A DNA stretch of 64,000 nucleotides from Tubulanus polymorphus (lineage: Eukaryota; Animalia; Nemertea): the NCBI RefSeq assembly GCF_964204645.1, contig NC_134025.1:18141101-18205100 (forward strand), read 5' to 3'. The position numbers and the translations under genes are program-made. Below, one piece after another: positions 49,003-62,220 of the stretch (position 1 is its first letter; each line of letters starts with the position of its first letter). Below the pieces are notes generated by a model, which saw nothing but the letters and a program-made list of their open reading frames with translations, was not told the origin of the DNA and ran no database searches.

Positions 49003-52000
49003 ACATGAGAATTGTAACTTACAAGCTAAGAAAATTAACTTTGTACCAGTTATATTTCATAATCTATCAGGATATGATTCGCATCTATTTGTCAAACAGT
49101 TATGCCATGAAATAGAAGAAATTAATAATGAAATAGAAAGATTAAATTCAAATAGATCAAAAGATAAAATACCAACTTATAAATTTAAAATGTTAGCTAG
49201 AACATCTGAGAATTATATATCATTCCAATTTGGTTGCCTAAGATTTATAGATTCATATAGATTTTTAAATAGTTCATTAGATAACTTATCAAAATCATTA
49301 GTTGATGCTGAATTATTCATTTTATAAAAATCATAATGATTTTAACATAACTGAATTATTAAAAGAACAATTCTATGATGAATTAAAAAATGAATATGTT
49401 AAAGATGAAGTATATAATAGAACATTGAATATTTGGAATCATTTTGGAATGAAAAATCATGGGCAATTAGTAGATTTATATTTAAAATCAGATGTATTAT
49501 TATCAACTGATATATTTGAAAGATAAATATATTCGATATATTAAAGATAAAAACTGATAACATAACTGATGATTTAAAAACATTAAAACATCATTTTGAT
49601 TTCAGTCCTAAAGATCATGAATTGTTTAGCAATGATAATAAAAAAGTTCCAGGGAAGTTAAAGGATGAATTAGGTGGTGAAGAAATGATAGAGTTCATCG
49701 GTATTTGATCTAAAATGTATTCATATAAAACTAAAGAACACGAAGCTAAAAAGTTAAAAGGAATAACCAAAAGTGTAGTAGAAAAGAATATTCATTTCAA
49801 AGATTACATTAATTGTATATTCAATGAAGAAGTTAGAAAACATAAGATGAGATGTTTAAGATCTGAAGATCATGAAATGTTTATTGAAGAGATAGAGAAG
49901 ATAAGTTTAAACCCATTCGATGATAAAAGATATATTCTGGATGATGGTATACACGCAGTTGCTTATGGTTGCAGAGGGTTTATGATTTATATGAGAAATA
50001 AAGATAAATGGTTTCATATATTTTTAAAACCAGGATTATATAATTTAGAATCATTAGCGCAGGAAATTAATAGAAGAGCTCGGTTGAAAATCGGGGGTAC
50101 TTCTGTATTTGAAATTAAATTTAATAAAATTGATAGTACTAATAAAATAAGAATAAAGATTTCTAATGAACAACATAAATTTATGGTAAACAAACCACTA
50201 GCTAAAATGTTAGGAATTAAACCGCTTACAGTTACTGGAAACGCAGAAGGCAGCTCAAATATAATACCTTTTACACACTTTTATATTTATTGCAATTTAA
50301 TCGAGCCTACAAAAACTTTCGAAGCAACTAAAGAAACAATTTGTAGTTCTAGTATACTAAATATTTTACCGCTAAAAAATGTTTTGGAACTCAAATAAAT
50401 TATAATTTAACAGAATGTGATTTTAAACCGTGCATTCCTAAATTTAATAATTTTAAATTAGAAATAGGAAATCATAATGGACATTTAATTGATTTGAATA
50501 ACTTTCCTGTGATATATGAATTAGTTATAAGATGTAGAGAGTAATTTTTTCATTATATAAATGAATATAACTGTTGGACCGAGTATATGTTTTGGGTTTG
50601 ATTTTAAACGTGAGAAAAGAATGAAATTTAACATTAATGATGTAATTAAACATATCAAAAATATTGCATTTTCTAATGAAACAACATTTGAGTATGAAAA
50701 AACAATAGATAAAGAAACTTTAAATGTAGAAAAGATTACTAATTTAATTAGAGAATCTATAAGATTTTATGAATTAGATGAAGATTTTATCATTGATGAT
50801 ATTAAAAAAATAATAATTGAAATAAATACAAATGAAACTAGTAATGAAATAAATGTTGAAATAATTATAACTAAGTTAACTAAATATTTTGAAGATAGTA
50901 ATTTTTTTGATAAATAAATGAGTGATAATAAGTGGATAATAACTGGATTATGTAATGGCGCATTACTATCAGTGGGAACTGTTGGTCATTCAATGGTATT
51001 AAAACAAAGTATTCAAAATGGGAAGTGTTAATGTTGATAGATTTGATATAAATGATATTTTAAAATTAACGTTAGCAGTTACTTTATCTAATTTAACTAT
51101 TGATTATTTGGAAAAACAAAAATATATTCCTCCTATATAAATGCATAATTATTTTACTAAATAAATGGCTTCTGCAGTTATAACTATTATAGGATAGGCA
51201 ATTGTTAACGCTTTAGCATTTACTGGTGGTGGATATTTATTTAAGCATATTGATAAAAATAGTTCATTAACAGAACAAAAAAGACATAACTTAGCATTAG
51301 AGAAATACAATAAAGCAGCAGAAGAATATAGAGAAAAGAGACAAAATTATATGGATTATATTAACAAGGAATTATATAATCAGAAGATTTCACACAGAGA
51401 TTTTCAATCAGTTGATGATGCAATGAGTTTATATAACGCGGTAACAAATAAAGAAAAATTACATCTATACAAACCTAAATTATCAGATTATTATACCCCA
51501 AGTAATGAACAGGAGAAATATGAAATAATATGGATTTTAGGCGGAACTGTTATTGTTATATTTGTTGCTTATAAGTTTACTAATTAGTAATTTTTTTTGC
51601 TAAATAAATGGATGATAATATTGATATTATTCCTCATGATATAAATAAAACTAAATTAAAAATATATTTAGAAAAACAAATATTAGAATTTGAAAGTGAC
51701 TAAAAGATAAAAAAGAAAAAATATTTAAAAAGTAAAATTATATATTATTTGATTATAAGTGGTTCGGTTACAATTAGTTCTGTAATAACATTTCTAGCAA
51801 TATTCAGCCCATTAACACCTTTAGCTATATCAATTGGTGTATTAGGATTAAGTTCAAGTGTTTTAACTGGTATAAGTTCAAAATTAAATATAAAAAGTCA
51901 TAAAGAAAAAATTAAAACTAATATAAAAGAAATTAATAAATTAAAAAATACACTAGATTATATAATAAGTTTAAATGGGCATATAACAGTTGAAGAACAA

Positions 52001-53690
52001 GATAAATTATTAAAAGATAGATAGTTTTCCAAAAGCTTTCCAATATAATAAATCAATTAAATATAATATTCCAGCAATAGATTTTAATAAAGATATTTCA
52101 TATAGAAATGAAGTTTTAAATTCATTAATTGATTTATATATTTATGTTACTGAAAGTAATAATTTTCATGTAAAGATGGAAAATATATTCAATGTTTATG
52201 AAATTAATTTTAAAAATTTAAATGAGGCAAAACAATGGTTATTAAAATCTAATAAGAAGTATTGGCAGAACCAATTAAATTTTGCTGTTTATTGTGCAAC
52301 AACAGGATGTGGAATTAGTTGGAATGATCATTTAAACAAACCAAGTTTACCATTGATGTTATCACTTTTTAGATTTCATACTTATTTTCAAATAAAATTA
52401 ATATTAGATGAATTAGAATGTCCTTTACCAGGTTCAATATATTTTAAAGAATTGAATAATGATATTAATTTTTCTAAGTTTTATAAAATATGTAATGAAT
52501 TTAATATTAATTCAAATAAAGATTTTAGAGCAAAAATTGGTACAATGGGTGGATTAGGAATATTATATACTAAAGAATTTGGAAAAATAATGGAAAAATA
52601 ATGACAAATTCAGATATAAGAACACTAAATTGGAATGAATTAACAAAATATTATAATAATATACAACAACAAAACAATAATGGTTGGGTTTATTTCATTT
52701 TAGAAAATAGTGAAGGTTTTACTAAAGCTGGAATACAAAGAATAAATCAATCTATTAGAACTTATTTAATTTGTATTCTAGGATCACTAGTTGAAACAAG
52801 ATCACCGATAATTGGAAATGATAACACTTCATTCGATGCGCAGAAAGAATTCAAAGTATTATTTGAAGATTCCATTCATAATGATAAAAATAGATCGATT
52901 CCAGAAAACATTGTAAGATATCAAAATCATTTAGATAAATCACATATTAGATTAAATTATTGTATAGGCCCTAATCTATTTATTATTTCTAATGATTTAG
53001 TATTAAAGATGGGAAACATAATTGGTTATAATAATCTAATTAAAACTGCAACAATAAATAATTCATTTGGATTGAATGATATAAATAAAAAGATTATCAC
53101 TGCTCCAAAATTAATGGAAGGTGAAAAAAATAAAAAACATATTCAATCAACTGAAACTAAAACTAATAATATTAAATTAGATAATGATTCTAAAATAAAA
53201 GATTATAATACTACAGAAGATATTAAAACTGATATTATTCAACATGATATAATTAAACTAAATGATGATAATACATCCCATGAAAATGCTAAATTAGCTT
53301 TAACTTGTATAGGAATTGTAATCGGAGGAATATTATATTTTAAATTTTAATTTTTTTATTATGTAAATGGCAGAAGGTGGAGGAGATATTCCATTGGATC
53401 CTTTAGATGAACCTGGTATAAGTGATGAACAACCACTTGATTTTGATGAAACAAGTTTTAGTAATGATAATAAAACAGAATATAATACTAATTTAAATAC
53501 ACCTGAATTTATTGATGAAACACGTTCAAAGATAAGTACTGAAAATGAAGTACCAGAATTAACAGGAAAAGAATTTAAATATAATGAAATTGCTAGTGAT
53601 TTTAAACCAACGTTAAAAAGATCTGGTTTCAATATAACAAATAAAGGTATGGATTATTTAGTAAAAGGTTTGAAATATTTTAATGGTTCT
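49003..53690 (+). mobile_element. Polinton copy P6: deleted PolB fused to minor capsid, followed by the structural module
   Basis: PolB pieces at 49003-49973, minor capsid at 49975-50540, then the MNITVG, MSDNKW, MASAV, MDD, MADSF and MAEGG families. Confidence 0.88.
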
Positions 53691-53699
53691 TAGGAAGAG

Positions 53700-54580
53700 A
53701 GTTCAAATATCCGAATAACCATAGAAGCGATAACATTAAAAACCTCATTTTCTAATGAGTAAATACAGTTTATTAACACGAACGTTTTCGGGATCATATC
53801 CCCTCATCAGGTGAAATACAAGTGAATCAAATGATTAAACTACAGGTTTATATACAACATAAGTTACAAAATTACAAGTGCTAAATTCTAAGCTAATTAC
53901 AAACCAAGTATTTAATTACAAACTAATTATTTGAATACATTTAGGATAAAGGATGAGCCGTTTTGAAATAATTGTTGATTTAAAGAGGGTCGTTGCGCTT
54001 TAATAAACAGGGCCTCCCTAATTTTTTTACAGTCGAGATCAGATGAACCTTTGTCTAGAATTTTGAATTTGTTGTTACTGAATTCCTGATCACAAGTGTG
54101 ACAAATTGCGAGATGTTGTCCAATCGCAGAAGTCTTTGATCTGTGTTCCTTAATCCTGATGGCCAAATGTCGTTTAGTTTTCCCAATATAGGAAGTGTTT
54201 ATATCACATAAACAATTAAATTTATATATGACTTTAGCCTTCAGCGATTTAGGGGTAGCACATTTCAAAGAGAAAAAATTCTTAATTTTGGTCGTAGTGA
54301 ATGCACATTTCAAGTTGATTTCAAAATTCCTTTTAAATAGATATTTTAATTTTCGGGCAAATAGGATTGACGGGTTACCAATATACGGTAATGAAATGAA
54401 TAGATCAATTCCATCTTCAACAGGTTTCGGTTGAGGTTCTGAGTTCTGTTTTGATTTCAAAAATCTATTAATACATTGATCGATGACATGAATAGGAAAC
54501 GCATTAGATTTAAACAGATTTTTCAAAAAACGCATTAGATTTAAACAGATTTTTCAAAAAATCTGTTTAAATCTAATGCG
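53700..54580 (-). mobile_element. 5'-truncated Penelope-like retroelement (GIY-YIG endonuclease)
   Basis: ORF 53927-54535: VIYKFNCLC..SYIGKTKRHLAIRIKEH..SAIGQH..REALFIKAQRPSLN; 3' hammerhead present. Confidence 0.9.
53777..53813 (-). ncRNA. Minimal type I hammerhead ribozyme
   Basis: CAC-CUGAUGA-G-GGGA(UAUGA)UCCC-GAAA-ACGU-UC-GUG. Confidence 0.85.
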
Positions 54581-54589
54581 ATTATCCAG

Positions 54590-56960
54590 AACTAATTGAA
54601 AGTGAATATTATCATTATATAAATGAAAATGTTATCAATCATTTTGTTACTTATTAATTGAATACGAAATAAAATTTAATGAAAAGTTTAATGAAAATAA
54701 AGAAATTATAATGACAGAAGAAGATAAAGAAGAATTTGAGTTTGCTGATAAATGTTTTTATTGTGAAAAGATATTTAATCTAAAAGATAAAAAAGTTAGA
54801 GACCATGATCGTTTGAATGGAAAGTTTAGAGGCGCAGCGCATAAGAATTGTAACTTACAAGCTAAAAAAATAAACTTTGTTCCAGTTATATTTCATAATT
54901 TATCAGGGTATGATGCTAATTTATTTATCAAACAGCTATGTCATAAAATAGAAGAATTCAATAATGAAATGGAAAGATTAAATTCAAATAGATCAAAAGA
55001 TAAAATACCAACTTATAAATTTAAAATGTTAGCTAAAACATCTGAGAATTATATATCTTTCCAATTTGGGTGTCTAAGATTTATAGATTCATATAGATTT
55101 TTAAGCAGTTCATTAGATAATTTATCAAAATCATTAGTTGATGATGAATTAAAGATATTAAAGCAACACTATCCAAATAATGATGATTTTCAATTAATGA
55201 GATATAAAGGCGCAATTCCATATTCATTTTTATAATTCACATAATGATTTATATACAACTGAATTATTAAAAGAACAATTCTATGATGAATTAAAAAATG
55301 AATATGTTAAAGATGAAGTTTATAATACAACATTGAATATTTGGAATAATTTCAAAATAAAAAATCATGGACAATTAGTAGATTTATATTTAAAATCAGA
55401 TGTATTATTATTAACTGATATATTCGAAAGGTTTAGAGATGTAAATCTAAAATATTTTAATATTGATCCTTGCAATTGTTATTCTAGTCCAGGTTTAACT
55501 TGGGATTGTGGTTTAAAATTTACAGATATAAAAATGGATTTGTTAACAAATATAGATCAATTATTATTATTTGAAAAATCTATAAGAGGAGGAGTTTCAT
55601 GTGTATTAGGCGATAGATATTTCAATGTAAATGATAACCCTGGATATAAGTTATTATATATAGATGCAAATAATTTATATGGTTGGGCAATGATGGAACC
55701 TCAACCTTATAGAGTATTTGGAATGACTGAAGTTTTACAACATGAAAATAATGATAAATTTGATTGGAAGAAAAGAATTCTAGATATTGCAGATGATTCA
55801 GACACTGGTTACTTTTTTGTGGTAGATTTAGAATATCCTGAAAACATTAAGTTTAAATCTAGAAATCTAGCATACTGTCCCGAACATAAAACTGTAACAC
55901 ATGAAGAATTATCAAGTTATCAAAAAAGAATTAAACCTGATAATCATATTCATACAGAAAAGTTAATGGTAACTCAAGAAGATAAATATAATTATGTAGT
56001 GCATTATAGAATGTTAAAATTCTATTTGAATCAAGGAATGGTTCTAAAAAAAAGTACATAGATATATTTCATTCAGTCAATCTAAATGGTTAGAAAAATA
56101 TATAGATTTTAACACCAAACAGAGAACTAAAGCTAAAACTGATTTTGAGAACGATTTTTTCAAACTAACGAATAATGCATTCTATGGTAAGACTTGTGAG
56201 AATATTAGAAATAGAAATGATATTGAGTTGGTGAGCAAAGGTAAAAGAATTAGACATTTACAAACATATCCTAAATTTATTGGTAACAGAATATTTGATG
56301 AAAATTTAGCTGCAGTTAAAATGAAAAGAACTTCTATGAAATTTAATAAACCAATTTATGTTGGAGCTACAGTTTTAGAAATATCAAAGTTACTAATGTA
56401 TAAATTCTATTATAACGTATTAAACCTCATTTTGGAGAAAAGCGCATAGAAATCTTATATTTTGATACCGATAGTTACATATTAAAGATTAAAACTAATA
56501 ACATAACAGATGATTTAAAAACATTAAAACATAATTTTGATTTCAGTAATTATCCAAAAGATCATGAATTGTGAACAATGATAATAAAAAGGTGCCTGGT
56601 AAATTCATTGGAATTCGATCTAAAATGTATAGTTATAGAACTAAAGAACATGAAGCTAAAAAGTTAAAATGTATAACAAAAAGTGTAGTAGAAAAGAATA
56701 TTCATTTTAAAGATTACATCAATTGTATATTCAATGAAGAAGTTAGAAAACATAAGATGAAATGTTTACGATCTGAAGATCACGAGATGTTTATTGAAGA
56801 GATAGAGAAGATAAGTTTAAACCCATTCGATGATAAAAGATATATTCTGGATGATGGTATACACGCAGTTGCTTATGGTTGCAATTTAGAAGAATACTTA
56901 AAATTTAAAAGAGAAGAAGAGAAAGAAAAGGAAATAATGAACAGGATTCTAAAATGTTAA
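54590..56960 (+). pseudogene. polB: Protein-primed PolB, intein-free allele (copy P7)
   Basis: VRDHD, FHNLSGYD, SIRGG, YIDANNLYGWAM, KLTNNAFYGK, YFDTDS (uninterrupted), LNPFDDKRY; frameshifts. Confidence 0.93.
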
Positions 56961-56988
56961 TCAATTTTAGTAAAAATATGTATAATAA

Positions 56989-57673
56989 ATGGAGTCAGAA
57001 CAATCACAAACTATAAATATTCACCATAAGAAATGTTCAAAATGTGAATTAGATAAATCATTATCAGAATATCATAATAAAAAAAACTCAGAAAGATGGT
57101 AAGCAAAGTTATTGTAAAACTTGTAGTAAACTAAGTGACAAACAAAATTATAGAAATAATACTGAAACACGCAAGGATAAGATTGAGCAATATCAAGCAA
57201 ATGATAGAGAATATTATAATGAACTGAATAAGAATTATCAAAAAGAAAGGCGCCGAACAGATTTTAATTTTGAATTGAAATAATGTTTACGGTCTAGATT
57301 ATCACATTTATTCAGTAAAGATTAACATTCAGTTACACTATCTAATTTATTGGATTGTTCAGATGAATTTCTCAAATGCTGGATTATATATCAGGTCAAT
57401 GAAAAAATGAATATGAATAATTATGGTGAATATTTCCACATTGATCATGTGTTGCCGATTTCTAAATTTAACATGAATGATGAACACAATCAGAAATTAA
57501 TTTGGAATTGGAAAAAATTTAAGACCCCTTGAAAAGAAGGAAAATATTAGGAAAGGAAATGAACTAGATTTACAGTTATATTTCGAACAGTTAGATAAAG
57601 CAAAGAAATTCATTGAATTATGGAATAGTGATCCAAATAATGAAAAATATGTTGAATCTTTATTGAGTGGTTA
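56989..57673 (+). pseudogene. HNH endonuclease, homologue of 45706-46413
   Basis: KKCSKC, YCKTC, NYGEYFHIDHVLPIS, WNWK; stops and frameshifts. Confidence 0.75.
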
Positions 57674-58010
57674 AAGAATATTTTGTGGATTTATAATCGA
57701 GGATCCGAAATGACTTATCTGGACAGTTATTGTAACTGCTCCTATAGATAGACAAAAGTAGTGGGTATTAAATCCTAATTCAAATAAAATATATTAAAAA
57801 TTACATATCTTTAACTAGCCATTATTTCTATTATATTTTTATTCAAAATCTATTATTTCTTTTAAAAAAGAGATTAAAAATAGATTTTGATAAGATTTGA
57901 ATAAAGATTCTTTAACTTCGAATAGAAATTCTTTACCTTAACCAAGCTAGTATTAACTAAAGAGTTACTAGTACCATTTTATATTTTTTTCGCTTTTTTC
58001 TCTAATATAA

Positions 58011-58598
58011 ATGTCAAAGAAATCGAGTAAAAATAGTATTGATATTGACAAGACAATTGAAGATTTAGGTATTACAGATAATAAAGATACAGTTGTTACT
58101 AATTGTATTCAAAATAATAATATTGATTGTAAATACTATTTAACATGTAAGCATCATCTAGAATTATTAATTGCCAGCGGAAAGTGTAACGAATTCCTAA
58201 ATAGAATTATAACTTTACAAGAATTAGATAATATGAAACCAGATAAAGTAATAAAATATTTCAAAATATATGAAGAAGCTAGATTAGCTCGAATAAATGA
58301 TTCTATTTCGGATGGAATAGTTGAATGTTATTCTAAGTTATGTAACCGAGTAATACCAATTGATGATGAAAATAAATTATATACTGATTTAAAAAATGAT
58401 TACTTAGTTATGACAGAACTACAAAAATGGGTTGGATACGCTTCATTCCGATTAGGCGGAATAATGATATTAATTTCTACGGGCGTAATAACATGTTTTA
58501 ATTTCAAACCTACAGTAAATAAACCAGATAATATCGAATCAGATAATAAATCAGAAGATATTGAATCAGAACAAAAATTAACTAAAATGAATGAGTGA
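58011..58598 (+). CDS. Conserved unknown Polinton protein (195 aa)
   Basis: Intact ORF, homologous to 44875-45477. Confidence 0.72.
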   Translation: MSKKSSKNSIDIDKTIEDLGITDNKDTVVTNCIQNNNIDCKYYLTCKHHLELLIASGKCNEFLNRIITLQELDNMKPDKVIKYFKIYEEARLARINDSISDGIVECYSKLCNRVIPIDDENKLYTDLKNDYLVMTELQKWVGYASFRLGGIMILISTGVITCFNFKPTVNKPDNIESDNKSEDIESEQKLTKMNE

Positions 58599-58950
58599 TG
58601 ATACTAAGAAGAAGCCTAAATCTGAAAAACAAATTAAATGGGCTAGGGAATTAGGTAAAAGATCTTCAGAATTAAAAAGAGCTAAGAAAAAGAAATTAAC
58701 TGTGATAAATGAATCGCAGAAATTATCTGATATTAATTCGAATGATAATTTATCTAATGCTTCTAATACTGGAAGAAAAAATTACTTATATATTACAATT
58801 GGGTTAATCACAGTAATTATATTCTCTGGCGTAATATATAAATCTAAATTCAAATCTAATAATAATGAAGATGATAAACCTATTATACCAGAAAATAAAT
58901 CAAATGATAAAGTCATTGAAACTAAACCATGATTATTATTAATGGATTAA
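58591..58950 (+). pseudogene. Basic/TM small protein
   Basis: Homologous to ORF 44511; early stop near the C-terminus. Confidence 0.7.
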
Positions 58951-58956
58951 AATAAG

Positions 58957-59777
58957 ATGAAAAAAGAACAATATTTCTGGATATTAAATGTTATAGATAT
59001 ATTCAGTAGATACGCTTGGTTTATTCCAATCAAAAATAAAACAGGTATAGAAGTTACTAATCCGTTCAAGTTAATATTTAAAGAAGCTATTCCAGGTAAG
59101 ATACAATTTGATGAAGGTAAGGAATTTTAAAATAAACATTTTAAAAAATTATTATCTGATAACAGTATAGAATATTTTTCAACACACTCTAATAAAAAAG
59201 CATCTATTATAGAAAGATTTAATAAAACATTGAAAACTAGAATGTGGAAATATTTTATAGCAAATGAAACATATAAATATATCGATGTATTAGAGGATTT
59301 AGTGAAAGGTTATGATAATTCTAAACATTCAAGTATTGGTGTGAAACCTATACAAGCTAGAAGAGAAGATAATTCAGAAATAGTTTGGAACAATTTATAT
59401 GGTGCATTTGTAACGCATGATTTTGGAGAACCTTAATTTAAAATTGGTCAACATGTTAGAATATCTAAATATAGAAAAACATTTTATAAAGGTTATACTC
59501 CAAATTTTACGGGACAAATATTCAAGATTAAAAAGATATCAACTAAACCTTTTGTTTATAGATTAGTAGGTTTAAAAGATGAAGATATATTAGGTTATTC
59601 CTATGAACAAGAATTATCGCTTGTACCAAATCCAGATGATATAGAATACAAACTAGAAAAAGTATTGAAAACAAAAACTCTTAAAGGAAAAAGTATTCTT
59701 TGGTTGAATATAAAGGGTATGATGATAAATTTAATGAATGGATTTTATCTATTAAAATTAAAAGAATAAATGAATAA
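58957..59777 (+). pseudogene. DDE integrase-chromodomain, N-terminally deleted
   Basis: IDIFSRYAW, IQFDEGKEF, IERFNKTLK and chromodomain; stops. Confidence 0.88.
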
Positions 59778-60381
59778 AGATTTATTTATATTTGAACCGC
59801 ATAATATGTTAGTTACTGGGGTAACAAATTGTGGTAAAACACATTTCATATTAGATTTATTAGAAACTATTTATAAGAATCATTTTGATAATATAATATT
59901 ATTCTGTCCTTCTTATGAAATGAATAAAACATATAATAGAGATATAGTTAAGATAAAAAAGTTTATTATATTAGATCCTAAAACAGTTAAAGAAAATTTA
60001 GATAATTGTATTAAAATAGCAATCGATATTTACAAAGGATCTAATACATTATTCATTATAGATGATTGTGCTAATTTACATGATTCAAAAGTTAGAGAAA
60101 GTGAGATATGTTATCTGGCTTTCTCTGGGAGACATTTTGGGATAACAACATTGGTTTTAAATCAAAAATATAATTCAATTGTTAAAGATTTTTGAGAAAA
60201 CATTAGATTTCTAGTTTTATTCTACAATAAAGATAGAAAATCGATGCAACAATCATTGGAAGAAAATCAAATTATACCTACTGAATTACATGATGAATAT
60301 ATGAATAAATTAAAAAGTAATAAAGGTTCAAAATTATTACTGCGGCTTCAATTTCCTTATGAATATAAATTTATGAAATAA
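59770..60381 (+). pseudogene. A32/FtsK packaging ATPase
   Basis: GVTNCGKT, FIIDD, SGRH; stop at 60193. Confidence 0.88.
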
Positions 60382-60399
60382 GGTATTTCAAATAATTAA

Positions 60400-62220
60400 T
60401 ACCCCCTTGTGTCTTTATTGTCTTTAGTAGTTTTAGTACTTTTAGTACATAAAGAATACATCTTTATTATATTCGTACTGATATAAATTATTTTTAAAAC
60501 TACTAAACTACTAAAGACAATAAAGACACATAGATTTATCATTGCTGAATCAAATATAAATGATAAATCTGTGAGATAAATAAATCTATGATATTTATTA
60601 CTGAATCAAATATATATAAAAAATCTATGTGTGTTTGTTATGTCTTTATTATCTTTACTACTTTTATTACTTTTAGTACATAAAGAATATATCTTCCTAT
60701 AATAGTTATAATTGCAGAAGCCATTTATTTAATAAAGAAAATTACGTATTTATATAGGAGGAATATATTTTTGTTTTTCTAAATAATCAATAGTTAAATT
60801 AGATAAAAGTAACTGCTAATGTTAATTGTAAAATATCATTGATATCAAATCTATCAACATTAACACTTCCCATTTTAAATACTTTTTTAATACCACTGAA
60901 TAACCAACAGTTCCAACTGATAGTAATGCTCCATTATATAAACCAGTTATTATCCACTTCTGATCCGCAATTTATTTAGAAAAAAATTACTATCTTCAAA
61001 ATATTTAGTTATCTTAGTTATAATTATTTCAACATTTATAATATTATTAGTTTCATTTTCATATATTTCAGTTATTATTATTTTTAATATCATCAATAAT
61101 AAAATCTTCATCTAATTCATAAAATCTTAAAGACTCTCTAATTGAATCAGTGATCTTTTCTACATTAAAAGTTTCTTTATTTACTGTTGTTTCATATTCA
61201 AATGTTGTTTCATTAAAAAATGTAATTCATGTATTTCATTTCTTTTTCGCGTTTAAAATCAAATCCAAAACATATACTCGGTCCAACAGTTATATTCATT
61301 TATATAGTGAAAAATTATTCTTTACATCTTATAACTAATTCATAAATTACAGGAGAATTATTTAAATCAATTAAGCATCCATTATGATTTCTTATTTCTA
61401 ACTTAAAATTATTAAATTTTGGAATACAAGGTTTAAAATCACATTCAGCTAAATTATAATTTATTTGTGTTCCAAATTGTTTAACATTTTTAATAGTAAA
61501 ATATTTAATATACTAGAATTACAAATTGTATCTTTAGTTGCTTCGAAAGTTTTTACAGGGTCGATTAAATTGCAATAAATATAAACGTGTGTAAAAGGCA
61601 TTAAGTTTGGTCTAGCTTCGGCATTACGTATCCTCTGGGTTAATTCCTAACAGTTTAGCTATATGTTTTCTAACCACAAATTGATGTTCATCATTAGCTA
61701 ACTTTATTCTTACTTTATTATTGATATCACTTTAAAAAAATTTAATTCCAAATCCAACAGACCCACCCATTTTTAAACGAGCTCTTTTATTAATTTCTTG
61801 CGCTAATGTTTCTAAATTATATAATCCTGGTTTTAAAATAGATGATACCATTTATTCAAATTTCTAGCATGAACTAAAAAAGCTAAATGATCAAGACTTT
61901 TATTCGATATATTGTAAAAAGAGTAACATAAACTTACATTTACTAATTTTAAATCTACACAATTTTGATATTCCCTATCTAATTGTACTAGTAAATTATG
62001 AGATTTATAATTTTTAAGCCTTCTTGAATCAACAAATATTCTATATTCCTTTAATTCTACCATTTATTTTACATATTTTATTCGAAATCTATATCATGGT
62101 GCCCTTTTTCATTCTTACCTTTATATATAAAATAGAAATCACCTGAACATAATTCTTCAATATCTTCACTTGATAATCTATTAAATCTATCTGGTAAATA
62201 TGTTCTGAATTTATATTTGA
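60400..62220 (-). mobile_element. Polinton copy P8 (non-coding module, then MASAV start, MSDNKW, MNITVG, minor capsid 61320-62063, small ORF)
   Basis: Homology to the other copies; ORF 61833-62063. Confidence 0.85.
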
